A stretch of 62,612 nucleotides of DNA, the filler included, from Candidatus Woesearchaeota archaeon CG1_02_57_44 (GTDB lineage Archaea > Nanobdellota > Nanobdellia > Woesearchaeales > CG1-02-57-44): the NCBI GenBank assembly GCA_001871415.1. It is 5 parts of 5 records of this genome, joined end to end, with 100 filler letters (N's around TTAATTAATTAA, not from the genome) between each part and the next. Parts side by side here need not be neighbours in the genome. Positions count along the whole stretch, not along the records: positions 34,583 to 51,663 come from MNWW01000045.1; positions 51,764 to 62,612 come from MNWW01000032.1; 3 more parts are not named here. One strand, 5' to 3'. Below, piece by piece: positions 46,317 through 56,688 of the stretch. Below the pieces are notes generated by a model. It was given only the letters and a program-made list of their open reading frames with translations, was not told the origin of the DNA and made no database searches. Numbering within the stretch: position 1 is the first letter of the stretch; the number at the start of each line of letters is the position of its first letter. The position numbers and the translations under genes were made by a program.

Positions 46317-46922
46317 ATGGCAGAGGAAACCTTTGTGCTGGTATCCCTGGACGAAGGCCAGGCGCAGGCAGTCGCGAGCGTGCTGACCAACCAGAAGGCC
46401 AGGCGCATCCTTGATCACATATCGCAAGTCAAGAGCGCGACAGAGACAGAGATTGCGCAAGCCCTGGCAATGCCGCTTTCCACTGTTCACTACAATCTCG
46501 GTATACTCAAGAAATCGGGGCTCGCTGACGCTCCGGAATATCATTACAGTGATAAGGGTAAGGAAGTGAGCCACTGGCAGGCTGCGTCAAAGTACATTGT
46601 CATCGCGCCCAAGAAGACCGAGAAGCTCGGGCGCATGCTCAGGAAGGCGCTCTTCTCTATCATTGGTACGGCGGTTGTAGGCTTTGGCATTGCGCGCTTC
46701 ATCGCTCCATCCGGATTGGCAGGGGCAGGTATTGCGGTAAAAAGCGTGCCTGTGGCCATGCAGGCGGCCGCTGACACAGGAGCGAACGCAGTGCAGGCTG
46801 CTGGACCTGTCGCGACAGGAGCTGCGGCATCATTTTGGCCCTGGTACGCTGTTGGCGCGGTTGTGCTGGTATGCATGTATCTATTGGTGGACTATGTTAT
46901 GGACCGTAAATACTCCTCCTGA
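46317..46922 (+). CDS. ArsR-type HTH protein with two C-terminal TM helices
   Basis: TETEIAQAL.MPLSTVHYNL HTH, YSDKGKEV wing, hydrophobic helices. Confidence 0.85.
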   Translation: MAEETFVLVSLDEGQAQAVASVLTNQKARRILDHISQVKSATETEIAQALAMPLSTVHYNLGILKKSGLADAPEYHYSDKGKEVSHWQAASKYIVIAPKKTEKLGRMLRKALFSIIGTAVVGFGIARFIAPSGLAGAGIAVKSVPVAMQAAADTGANAVQAAGPVATGAAASFWPWYAVGAVVLVCMYLLVDYVMDRKYSS

Positions 46923-47091
46923 GAACGTCTATTCTGGTTTATTCTGTATTCTGTCTAGTCGGGCATGGCGTGGTTCTAGCGTTCTTTCCAATGACCATCA
47001 GTGACCCTATTTGCCCTCCTCGCGGGCTGTCGCTAGACCGTGACAAAACCTGCAGTTACTTTTATAAACAATCCCGCGCCCCGCATGTCCT

Positions 47092-48069
47092 ATGAGTGAG
47101 CTGCTCATTGACGTAAAAGGGGTGACCAAGCTTTACGGCCGTCGTCTGGTGCTGGACCGTATCAGCGTGAGTGTCAGCAAAGGTGAGGTCTTTGGCATCA
47201 TCGGTCCTTCAGGATGCGGCAAGACCACATTGCTCAATATCATCATGGGTTCCGTGCGTCCGGAGGAAGGGCAAGTGCACGTGCTGGGCACATCGCTGTT
47301 TTCCGCGGGCGCCTCTCACAAGGACTTGCCTATGTTGACTGTCGCGACAGAGTGGGATGAGGTAAAGAAGCTCTTCGGGTTCGCGGCCCAGGAGCCAAGC
47401 TTCTATCCGAAACTGACGGTCCGTGAGAACTTATATTATTTTGGCTCCATGTATGGTCTCTCCACATTTGCCCTGGAGGCCAATATCAAGACCCTGCTCT
47501 CGCTGCTTGAGCTGGAAGCGCACGAGAGCGCTATTGCGCAGAATCTTTCCGGCGGCATGCAAAAGCGACTGGACATCGGCTGCGCGCTCATCCATGACCC
47601 GCATATTCTTATCCTCGACGAGCCAACAGCGGACCTGGATCCCAAGCTGCGCAGGCAGATGTGGGACGTGCTCAAGAAGGTCAATCGACGCGGGACAACT
47701 ATCATCGTTTCCAGTCATCTGCTCGAGGAGATTGAGACCATCTGCGATCGCATCGCCATCATCAACAAGTCAGGCATCGTGGGCATGGGCCTGCTGCGTG
47801 ACGTGAAAAAAGAATTCTCACGTCATGAGGAGATACGTCTGGAGACCAGCCCTGGCGACTATGGGCGTATCATCACAGAGCTGCGAAAGAATCGGTTGGT
47901 TCTGCAGGTCGTCGAAGATACAGGCCGCCTGCATATCCGTTGCAGGAAGGCCGAGACGTTGCTGCCGCAATTGCTCAGGATGCTGGATAGGCGCAAAGAG
48001 ACGGTCATGGACCTGAAGGTGCGTAAGGCGTCGCTCAATGAGATCTTTGAGGTGCTCGGCGATGCGTAA
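47092..48069 (+). CDS. ABC transporter ATP-binding protein
   Basis: GPSGCGKT, LSGGM, LILDEPT; TTTATAAA box at 47061-47068. Confidence 0.95.
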   Translation: MSELLIDVKGVTKLYGRRLVLDRISVSVSKGEVFGIIGPSGCGKTTLLNIIMGSVRPEEGQVHVLGTSLFSAGASHKDLPMLTVATEWDEVKKLFGFAAQEPSFYPKLTVRENLYYFGSMYGLSTFALEANIKTLLSLLELEAHESAIAQNLSGGMQKRLDIGCALIHDPHILILDEPTADLDPKLRRQMWDVLKKVNRRGTTIIVSSHLLEEIETICDRIAIINKSGIVGMGLLRDVKKEFSRHEEIRLETSPGDYGRIITELRKNRLVLQVVEDTGRLHIRCRKAETLLPQLLRMLDRRKETVMDLKVRKASLNEIFEVLGDA

Positions 48070-50035
48070 GGTGTTGGCCATTGTGCAAAAGAACCTGAAG
48101 GTGCTCTTGCGTAGCAGGTCATCCGCCCTAGTCATCATCCTCGGGCCATTGTTCCTGATGTTCCTGGTGGGTATGGCGTTCAATACGAGCGACCCCTACA
48201 AGATAAGGCTGGGATGGTATGCGAGCGACGTCACGGACATGACGTCGTCGTATGTGGAGAAGATCTCCGAGGGCTATCCCATTGAGCAGTACGCGACGCT
48301 CGCGTCCTGCATTGATGACATCAAGCTGGGGCGCATCCACACCTGCATCGCGTTCCCTCCTGGTCTTGGTGTCTATAATAATATGACTCAGGAGGTAATC
48401 TTCTACGCTGATTACAGCAAGATCAATCTTGTCTACAGTGTCATCTCATCCGCATCCGAGCGTGTGCTCGCCAGGACAGACGAAGTCAGCGCGGACCTGA
48501 CGGGCGTGCTGATAGACACGCTGAACGGCACGGCGACGCTCATCACGCGATCCCTGCCAGACCTGCAGGCTGCGCACCAACAGGCAGTGGACGCGGCCGC
48601 CACCATACGTGAACTGGACGCGACCCTCGGGATGATGAACATCTCATTCAGCGAGGAGAGCTTTGGTACAGCGTCTCTGGAGGCGCAGATGCGTGATTTC
48701 GCGAACCAGACCGCGATGGTCGCAGCCCTGGGGGCCGATGTGCTCAACACTACGCAGGAGCTGTTGCTCAACATCACAACGGCATTGGAGGACATGGCCG
48801 GGACCGTGAGCGCGAACTCGTCGACAGGTCAGCGCATAGCATTCTTGCGTGCGCATGTTGATGATTACAATGAGACCTTCCTGAACGAGTCACGAAAGCT
48901 CATCGATGTCAGCAACCTCTCCTCGTCACTAACTACTATGCGGACTTCATTTGGTGACCTGAACGCCGAGCTTGGCAGCACCAGGGAACGCCTGGACGTT
49001 GCGAGCGCTGCCCGTGACGATGTGAGAGCGTCATTGCAGGCAGTAGCTGGATTGCTAGACTCTGTGGTCATGCAGGCGGATAGTGTCATCGGCGTTATGG
49101 GCAGCATCGCTGGGGCGATCGATGATATCCAGATAACCAACGTGCAAAGCATTGTCATGCCTGTGCGAACGCGGGTGAAGCCTGTGGTGGAGGAGAAAAC
49201 GCATCTCAGCTACATTTTTCCGTCGTTGATCGCGCTGGTGGTCATGTTCGTGGCCATTCTGCTCGCCACGTCCATGACCTTGCTGGAAAAGAAGTCGCGC
49301 GCGTTCTTCCGCAATTATATCACGCCGACCGGGCCATTCGTTTCGCTGGTGGGCATGTTCCTGACCATGATGATCCTGCTCATTGTGCAGGTTGTCATTA
49401 TCATTGCCCTGAGTCATTGGCTCTATCAGGAATCAGTGACCCAGGCGATAATTCCCCTTCTGCTGACCCTGCTGCTCTCATCGTCCATGTTCACGCTGTG
49501 TGGCATGCTGGTGGGCAACATCTTCAACAGCGAGGACACCGCGACGCTCGGGGCGATATCGTTGTCCAGTGTCTTCCTGCTGCTCAGCAGCCTGATACTG
49601 CCGATCGAGAGCATGCCTGATGTCATCGCTAATCTCTCGCACTTCAATCCCTTTGTCCTGACCGATACGCTGCTCAAGAAGAGCATCATCTTTGGCAAGG
49701 GCCTCGACAGCATGGCAACAGAGCTGCAGGCCGTCGGGTGGTACATTGTGGTGCTAGTAGTGCTCGTGGCCATGGCCGCATATCTGTCGTACACGCGTCT
49801 TCCCGAGCGTGCCATCCTGCGTCGCAGGGTGCGCATTATGCGGGAAAAAGGTGCAGGATCTACAACGGAAAAGCAAGGTTCTCATCCTGCCTCAGATGCC
49901 GCAGTATCCGACGAAGCGGCGGGTGGAAGGGAATGCTCTGTCAAAGCCGGAAAGCGCAAGCAATCGCTCGCGGTGCCGCCTCTGCCTCCACTGGGGCGCA
50001 AGGTGCGTCATTTCTCGTCGAGAAAACTGCGTTAG
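48062..50035 (+). CDS. ABC-2/YhgE-Pip-like permease with long extracytoplasmic helical domain
   Basis: Same architecture as 25254-27119 (HxC, P(V/I)ESMP, NP motifs shared). Confidence 0.85.
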   Translation: MRKVLAIVQKNLKVLLRSRSSALVIILGPLFLMFLVGMAFNTSDPYKIRLGWYASDVTDMTSSYVEKISEGYPIEQYATLASCIDDIKLGRIHTCIAFPPGLGVYNNMTQEVIFYADYSKINLVYSVISSASERVLARTDEVSADLTGVLIDTLNGTATLITRSLPDLQAAHQQAVDAAATIRELDATLGMMNISFSEESFGTASLEAQMRDFANQTAMVAALGADVLNTTQELLLNITTALEDMAGTVSANSSTGQRIAFLRAHVDDYNETFLNESRKLIDVSNLSSSLTTMRTSFGDLNAELGSTRERLDVASAARDDVRASLQAVAGLLDSVVMQADSVIGVMGSIAGAIDDIQITNVQSIVMPVRTRVKPVVEEKTHLSYIFPSLIALVVMFVAILLATSMTLLEKKSRAFFRNYITPTGPFVSLVGMFLTMMILLIVQVVIIIALSHWLYQESVTQAIIPLLLTLLLSSSMFTLCGMLVGNIFNSEDTATLGAISLSSVFLLLSSLILPIESMPDVIANLSHFNPFVLTDTLLKKSIIFGKGLDSMATELQAVGWYIVVLVVLVAMAAYLSYTRLPERAILRRRVRIMREKGAGSTTEKQGSHPASDAAVSDEAAGGRECSVKAGKRKQSLAVPPLPPLGRKVRHFSSRKLR

Positions 50036-50488
50036 GTACCGGTTGCCAGCGGGCACAGAGTTAGCATCCTGCAGAGTGAACTGTACACATTCATTGCGTG
50101 ATGCTCCTTCATGGTTGATTGATGTTCGCCGTGGTCTGTATGCTCTCTCGTCGACAGCAAGACAATGCACTCTTGCCGTTGGTGCTCATCGGCCATGAGG
50201 TTGACGTGTCAGCGGGGCGGGAGGTGGGCAGCTATCTCGGCTTGCGTCGCGGCCAGGAAGGTCTCGAAGCTTCAGAACGCCTTCCGCAGGCCTGATAGAA
50301 TGTCTTTCATAGTGCCTAAGCTCACTTTTCACAGTATTTTGATGGAGTATTTCATCCATTGTCTAATGAGTGTCTTAGCCTAGTCCGGCTTGCGCGTTAC
50401 AGACTCCCTTATGAGGGCATATTGGCCTTAGTCCAGGATTATGCGCCATCACTTTATATAGAAGATTTTCCTTCTGGATTGTATTGCC

Positions 50489-51031
50489 ATGAAAACATAT
50501 CCTGACACATTTCGCGTCTATTGTATCACGGGAACTCCTGGGACGGGAAAGACTGAAGTGGCAAAAGCCCTATCAGGGTTGCTGGGTGTGCCGTTTTTTG
50601 GCATGGTTGATCTTGAGGTGCAAGGTCTTGAAGCAGCAGGATTCGACCAGGAGCGGGCCTGTAAGGTCATTGACGAGGATATCTTTGCCGCTGCGGCATT
50701 GGCTCTTGCTGAACATAAACGCTCTGAGGGGTGTTCCGGCGTCATTATTGAGAGTCACATGGCTCACTATTTGCCTGAAAACAAGGTCTTTTGCTGCATT
50801 GTGCTGCATTGTGAGCTTCCAGAACTCAAAAAAAGGCTCACAAAACGGGGATATCCTGAGGAAAAGGTGAGGGAGAACCTTCAGGCCGAGATCTTTGACA
50901 TCTGCGGTCAGGAAGCCATAGAAGCAGGTCACAGATGCCTTGAGCAGGATACTTCAAAAACGACCGCAAAACAGGCTGCAACGGCCATTTTTGAGGCTCT
51001 CAAGGGGATTCCAAAAAGGACCGTGCGTTAA
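50489..51031 (+). CDS. adenylate kinase, AK6/Fap7 type
   Basis: ITGTPGTGKT, IIESH, RL..RGY..EKV.EN..AE. Confidence 0.9.
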   Translation: MKTYPDTFRVYCITGTPGTGKTEVAKALSGLLGVPFFGMVDLEVQGLEAAGFDQERACKVIDEDIFAAAALALAEHKRSEGCSGVIIESHMAHYLPENKVFCCIVLHCELPELKKRLTKRGYPEEKVRENLQAEIFDICGQEAIEAGHRCLEQDTSKTTAKQAATAIFEALKGIPKRTVR

Positions 51032-51436
51032 TCAATTACCGTGATACTGCCGTGAAGCGCAGTAGGGGCGCGAAATGCCCGTAATTATAGCTTCTGGGCT
51101 GTCTATCTGCTATTTTGTGCTGATGTGCGCTTCTCTGGCTGTTTCAGCAACCCTCACTTTTTACTGGAAAATCAACAATTAGGTGTGCTGTGATGCCTTT
51201 TTATCACGTTTCTCGTGGGTTGAGTGTCATTTTCAGGTATGTCTGCACTTGTTTGCCACTTGTTGTTTGAATCATTGTTGCGGGAACCCTGGCCTGCCGT
51301 TGGCTTGCTCATTCGGCGGGGGGGCGAGTGAGTCCTGGTCGGTACGGTAATCTTGTCATGTTCTTGTCAGTTTTGTCTCTTGCGAAAAAGTGAGGATTTC
51401 CCTGGGTTTCCTATTGCGGGGTCCAGTATGTTATGC

Positions 51437-51573
51437 CTATTGCAAAGCACGGGGTTGAATACCCCGTCCTTCAGGACGTGCTTTGCAATTCAAAAATCCG
51501 CCTGCAATGACGAGGCGCGGTAATACCGCGGCCTTCAGGCCGCGGTTAGCGCCGAGTGGTGGATTTTTGTTAT
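51437..51573 (+). mobile_element. structured 137-bp repeat, copy 3
   Basis: One internal C>T at 51560 versus consensus; CTAT left end, TTAT right end. Confidence 0.75.
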
Positions 51574-51663
51574 TTTTTACCTGATCTGTTGATTTTTCAT
51601 TCTCTTTTTCAGGCTCAAAATGAACTACTATTTTACTCGTAAATTAGGCACTATGTTGGGGGT

Positions 51664-51763
51664 NNNNNNNNNNNNNNNNNNNNNNNNNNNNNNNNNNNNN
51701 NNNNNNNTTAATTAATTAANNNNNNNNNNNNNNNNNNNNNNNNNNNNNNNNNNNNNNNNNNNN
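51664..51763. other. artificial contig linker
   Basis: N + TTAATTAATTAA + N. Confidence 0.98.
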
Positions 51764-51901
51764 ACCCCGCGAGACGGAACCCTCGGTGCTTATTAACCTT
51801 TGCCGCTACCCGCGCCAGCACGTCTCATCAATTACGCAGGCATCAATTTATGCACCTGCAGGGGGCAAATCTTTTAATACCGACGTTGTTGCCTAAAGCC
51901 T

Positions 51902-53248
51902 ATGCTTGAGAAGCTCTCCAGTTCCCTGCGCCAGACATTGGCGAAGATATCCGGCGCCATGTTCGTGGATGACGCGCTGATAGCAGAGCTCACCAAGGAT
52001 CTGCAACGGGCGCTGCTGCAGTCAGACGTCAATGTCAAATTAGTCATGGACCTGACCAACGGCATCAAGTCACGCATCAGGGACACGCCCAAAGGCGTGA
52101 GCAAGAAAGACTATCTGGTCAAGGTCATCTACGATGAGCTGGTCGCGTTCCTCGGCGGTGAAGGTCACAAGATCACCGTGACGCAGAAGCCGTTCATCGT
52201 GATGCTCGTCGGCCTGTTCGGCTCAGGAAAGACCACGCACGCGGGCAAGCTCGCAAGATTCTTCTCCCTGCGCGGACAGCGCGTCGCTGTGCTCGGCCTC
52301 GACGTGCACCGCCCCGGCGCGATGGATCAGCTCGAGCAGCTGGCAGGAAAGCTCAATGTCCCGTGTATGATAGACAAGCAGGACAAGAACGTGCTGTCCA
52401 TCCTCAGGAGATTCAAGCCAGAACTGGCCAAGTACGACATCGTCATCGTCGATACTGCTGGCCGTGACGCGCTGTCCGAGGACCTCATCAGGGAAATCAA
52501 CGCCGTGCACAATGCGCTGCAGCCGCAGGAGAACCTGCTCGTGATCAGCGCCGACATAGGCCAGACCGCCGAGCGCCAGGCGCAGGCGTTCCACGACGCG
52601 TGCGCAGTGACAGGCGTCATCATAACCAAGATGGATGGCACGGCCAAAGGTGGGGGCGCGCTATCCGCGTGCGCGATAACGAAAGCGCCGGTCAAGTTCA
52701 TCGGCGTGGGCGAGAAGCTCGAGGACCTGGAAGCGTTCGACCCCAAGCGCTTCGTCGGCAGGATGCTGGGCATGGGCGACCTTGAGACATTGCTCGAGAA
52801 GGTCGACGAGGTCATGGACAAGCAGGACGCAGAAGACCTGGGTAAACGATTCCTCAAGGGCGAGTTCAATCTGCTCGACCTCTACGAGCAGATGGAGGCC
52901 ATGAGCAAGATGGGCCCGCTCGGCAAGGTCATGGACATGATACCCGGGTTCAGTCAGTTGCAACTGCCAAAAGACGTGCTCGCTGTACAGGAAGGAAAAC
53001 TCAAGGAATGGAAGATTGCGATGCAGTCCATGACAAAAGAGGAGCTCGAGGACCCAAGCATCATCTCGTCGTCGAGGATAGAACGTATCAGCATAGGTTC
53101 AGGCGTGGAAGCGCCGATTGTGCGAGAACTGATCAAGCAGTATCGCCATAGCAAGAAGCTCGTGCGTCAGCTCAAGGGCATGGGCGCAGGGAATCCGAAG
53201 CAGATGCAAAAACTCATGCGCAAGATGGGCATGAACGCATCAGGTTGA
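51902..53248 (+). CDS. srp54: signal recognition particle protein Srp54
   Basis: GLFGSGKTT, DTAGR, TKMDGTAKGGG, Met-rich M domain. Confidence 0.96.
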   Translation: MLEKLSSSLRQTLAKISGAMFVDDALIAELTKDLQRALLQSDVNVKLVMDLTNGIKSRIRDTPKGVSKKDYLVKVIYDELVAFLGGEGHKITVTQKPFIVMLVGLFGSGKTTHAGKLARFFSLRGQRVAVLGLDVHRPGAMDQLEQLAGKLNVPCMIDKQDKNVLSILRRFKPELAKYDIVIVDTAGRDALSEDLIREINAVHNALQPQENLLVISADIGQTAERQAQAFHDACAVTGVIITKMDGTAKGGGALSACAITKAPVKFIGVGEKLEDLEAFDPKRFVGRMLGMGDLETLLEKVDEVMDKQDAEDLGKRFLKGEFNLLDLYEQMEAMSKMGPLGKVMDMIPGFSQLQLPKDVLAVQEGKLKEWKIAMQSMTKEELEDPSIISSSRIERISIGSGVEAPIVRELIKQYRHSKKLVRQLKGMGAGNPKQMQKLMRKMGMNASG

Positions 53249-53960
53249 ATCGCCAGCAGTCAGGAAATGGCCAAACACAGGCCAGCACTCACTTTTTCAG
53301 GGATTTGTCACATCACCAACACTTGCGCCGCACATAGCGCCGGGCACTTCCGAAGCCAGGTTTTCTGGTAACCGAGATAGTGCCTAACCATGATGCGCGA
53401 CAGCACTTGACACTCCACGCCTACACGAGCGACATGCGGCTTGTGCCGAGGGGGGGGGAATATAGTGACCACCCAGAGACCTTGCGCTCACTTTCATTGA
53501 AAAATATGGCTATGACACCCAGAACAACCACAGAAAACACCCCGATGCAGGCCCTAGAACAATAAATTAGAGATAAAACCCCATGACCCGGCCTTTCGGA
53601 TCAGATAACGGATCAGACCGGCCAGATCAGCTGGTTTGCGCAGCTTCTTTGTCATTCACCTGTCTCTCCGAGATGTTTCTCCGAGACATCCGGCGATGTC
53701 AGGGAACTCATCACCTTCTGCCGATAAAAGCAGCGTCCCATGGGAAAAACGCGTCAATAAGGGAAAGGACCAACAAGTTCAGCAAAAATTTTGGCAAATC
53801 AACACGCCAAGGAAAACCCCTGCGTTTGTCAGAGCAAGATAATTAAAAAAAAGAAATAATAGGACATTAATGCAAAAATCGGCGATTTTTTCAATAAAAG
53901 TGAGGATACAATACTGACATACCACACAAGACCCTTCTGGCAGGAAAAGGACCGATAATT

Positions 53961-54051
53961 TCGGAAAAAAGGGATAATAGACAGGTCAGAGTCGGAAAAA
54001 AGGGATAATAGACAGGTCAGAGTCGGAAAAAAGGGATAATAGACAGGTCAG
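53961..54051. repeat. 31-bp tandem repeat, about 3 copies
   Basis: TCGGAAAAAAGGGATAATAGACAGGTCAGAG at 53961, 53992 and 54023 (third copy 29 bp). Confidence 0.95.
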
Positions 54052-54499
54052 GGGAAAAAACAGGGCATAGCGCACGTGATGGACCAGAAGCGTTCCAAGG
54101 GAGGAGAATCCAGGGATCAGCAGCACATGTCGCCCCATTTCCGTAGAAGACAGACAATGGACGTGCAAAGTCAGGAAAGAGCGTTCAGATTACACATACA
54201 ACCATCGTGCGATGCCTTTTCCGCAGAAAAGTGAGCAATAGAGTGGACGTTATGTCGCTAAAATGCAACAAAACCACGAAAAAGCAGGTCCAGACTCGGT
54301 AGACCAGCAGAATCCACAGGAACCAAGGCGAGATGTTATTATTCAGACAGACCCTACCACAACCCCACATGCCACACAGCCAAGGGCCGTCAAATCTAGT
54401 TAGGCACTAGCGCAATACCTGTGCATTTCTGCAAAAAATGAGGATTAGTATGAGACCCATCCAAACCTATTTAAAAGACGCCCCGTTAGCCTTCGACGG

Positions 54500-56605
54500 G
54501 TGAATAGCATCAGCACGCCGATAAGCATCAAGGAGCGCGTCCTCGTCACGAGCGCGCTGCCATACGCCAATGGTCCCATCCACATTGGCCATCTCGTCGA
54601 GTATATCCAGACAGATATCTATGTGCGCTTCCTTCGCCTCATGGGAAAGCAGGCGATCTACTGCTGCGCCGACGACACGCATGGAACGCCCATCGAGATA
54701 AACGCGAAGAAGCAGGGCATGACGCCCGAGCAGCTGATAGCGAAATATGCCAAAGAGCACCAGCAGGATTTCGCGGACTTCCAGATACGCTTTGACAGCT
54801 ACTACAGCACCAACAGCGACGAGAACAAGCACTATGCAGACCTCATCTTCACGCGCCTCAACGAGAAAGGGCTCATCTACCAGAAGGATATCGAACTCAC
54901 CTATTGCCCGTCGTGCGGGCGTTTCCTCCCCGACAGGTATGTCAAGGGCACCTGCCCGAAGTGCGGAGCACAGGACCAGTACGGCGACGTGTGCGAGAAA
55001 TGCAACGCTGCCTACGCGACCACGGACCTCGTCGAGCCGTACTGCACGGTCTGCAGGAGCGCGCCCAAGCGGCGCACCTCCAAGCACTATTTCTTCAGGC
55101 TCTCGGCCATGGCGGAGAAGCTGCGCGCATGGCTCGACGGCAATGCCTCCCTGCAGCAGGATGTGAAGAACTTCGTCTTCAGGTGGATTGATGATGGATT
55201 GCAGGACTGGTGCATCAGCCGCGATGGTCCGTATTTCGGGTTCCTGATACCAGGCGAGACAGACAAGTACTACTACGTCTGGCTGGACGCGCCCATAGGA
55301 TACATCGCCTCGACAGCGAACTGGTGCAGGCAGCAGGGGGGGACAGCCGAGGACTGGTGGCAGTCCGACGACACGGACATCGTGCACTTCATCGGCAAGG
55401 ACATCATCTACTTCCATTTCCTCTTCTGGCCGGCCATGCTCATGGAAGCGGGATTCAACCTGCCCACGCACCTGCAGGTGCACGGATTCCTGAACATGGG
55501 CAAGGAGAAGATGAGCAAGAGCAGAGGGGCGTTATTGACAGCGCGCCAGTACCTTGACATGCTCAAGCCAGAGTACCTGCGGTTCTATTATGCCCTCAAC
55601 ACGCCGGCGAAACTGGCTGATATCGAATACAATCTGCAGGAGCTGCGTGAGCGCGTGAACGCCGAGCTGCTCGACAGCATCGTCAACTACCTGCATCGTG
55701 CGGCCTCATTCTGCAATCGATTCCTTGATTCCCAGGTGGACGCCGTGCAGGAGGATGAGACCACGCATCAGGTCGATGCATTGGTCGCTCAGGCGATAGA
55801 GCATTACGAATCAATCAACCTGCGCGACGCGCTGCGCGCGATCCTTGAGATAGCGGGCATCGGCAACCAGCAGTTCCAGGAGGCCCGGCCATGGAAACTC
55901 GTCAAGGAAGATCCAGACGCTGCCAGAGCGATCGTCAGCAAGGCGGTCAATATCGCGCGCATCCTGACCATCCTGCTCAAGCCCGTGCTGCCCGACCTGA
56001 CGGAACGCTATGAGCGCATCCTCGGCGAGAAGGACCTCACGTTCCGCGATATCGGATGGCACTTCGCGGGCACCATCAATCAGGCAGAGCCCTTGCTGGA
56101 GAAGATCCCTGAGCTCACTAAGCTGCAAGCAGCAGCGACGACAGGAACGAGCCCGGCCGCCGCGCTCGACCTGCGCGCTGCCGCCATCCTGGAAGCCAAG
56201 GACCATCCCGACGCTGACGCGCTCGTCATCCTGAAGATAGACCTTGGCAGCGAGCAGCGCCAGCTTGTCGCGGGTCTCAAGAAGCACTATCCTGTCGAGT
56301 CGCTCCCCGGACGGCGCATCGTCGTGGTCGCGAACCTCAAGCCTGCGAAGCTTCGCGGGGTGCAGAGCAATGGCATGCTGCTGGCCGCGGACCACGACGG
56401 CAAGGTTATGCTCGTGGACTCCAGCGAGTCTCCTGTCGGAACACCGTTGACATTCTCTGATATGACGCCCGCGCCTGTGGCAGACCTGGACATCAAGGAC
56501 TTCGCAAAGATACCGCTTCAGGTTGTGAGGGGAAAGATTACCTGCGAGGATAAGACGCTCGCCGGTGCATCCGTCGACGCGCCGGATGGCGCGAACGTGA
56601 GATAG
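54500..56605 (+). CDS. metG: methionine--tRNA ligase with C-terminal tRNA-binding domain
   Basis: HIGH and KMSKS motifs, zinc knuckles, YYVWLDAPIGY, Trbp-like C-terminus; GTG start 24 nt after TATTTAAA. Confidence 0.97.
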   Translation: MNSISTPISIKERVLVTSALPYANGPIHIGHLVEYIQTDIYVRFLRLMGKQAIYCCADDTHGTPIEINAKKQGMTPEQLIAKYAKEHQQDFADFQIRFDSYYSTNSDENKHYADLIFTRLNEKGLIYQKDIELTYCPSCGRFLPDRYVKGTCPKCGAQDQYGDVCEKCNAAYATTDLVEPYCTVCRSAPKRRTSKHYFFRLSAMAEKLRAWLDGNASLQQDVKNFVFRWIDDGLQDWCISRDGPYFGFLIPGETDKYYYVWLDAPIGYIASTANWCRQQGGTAEDWWQSDDTDIVHFIGKDIIYFHFLFWPAMLMEAGFNLPTHLQVHGFLNMGKEKMSKSRGALLTARQYLDMLKPEYLRFYYALNTPAKLADIEYNLQELRERVNAELLDSIVNYLHRAASFCNRFLDSQVDAVQEDETTHQVDALVAQAIEHYESINLRDALRAILEIAGIGNQQFQEARPWKLVKEDPDAARAIVSKAVNIARILTILLKPVLPDLTERYERILGEKDLTFRDIGWHFAGTINQAEPLLEKIPELTKLQAAATTGTSPAAALDLRAAAILEAKDHPDADALVILKIDLGSEQRQLVAGLKKHYPVESLPGRRIVVVANLKPAKLRGVQSNGMLLAADHDGKVMLVDSSESPVGTPLTFSDMTPAPVADLDIKDFAKIPLQVVRGKITCEDKTLAGASVDAPDGANVR

Positions 56606-56688
56606 AGGCAGTAATGAGTTCTTGGCGCAACCCCTCTCCACCCGGATAAGCGTATACCACCAGTATAAGGGCATACCATGCAGGCCCA

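Noticed and set aside
46933..46946. 14-bp match to the flank of repeat copy 4 as a possible empty site
   Set aside because: Matches of this length are expected by chance in 62 kb, especially in low-complexity sequence
51764..51800. Possible tRNA 5' end (GCGGGGT after a TATA-like box, minus strand)
   Set aside because: Only about 7 nt remain before the gap, too little to call
53961..54051. Possible CRISPR array
   Set aside because: Head-to-tail repeats with no spacers, and no cas genes in the window
54467..55483. Long antisense ORFs (also 41966-42667, 55811-56692, 61248-62087 and others)
   Set aside because: Shadow frames of well-supported genes in GC-rich DNA
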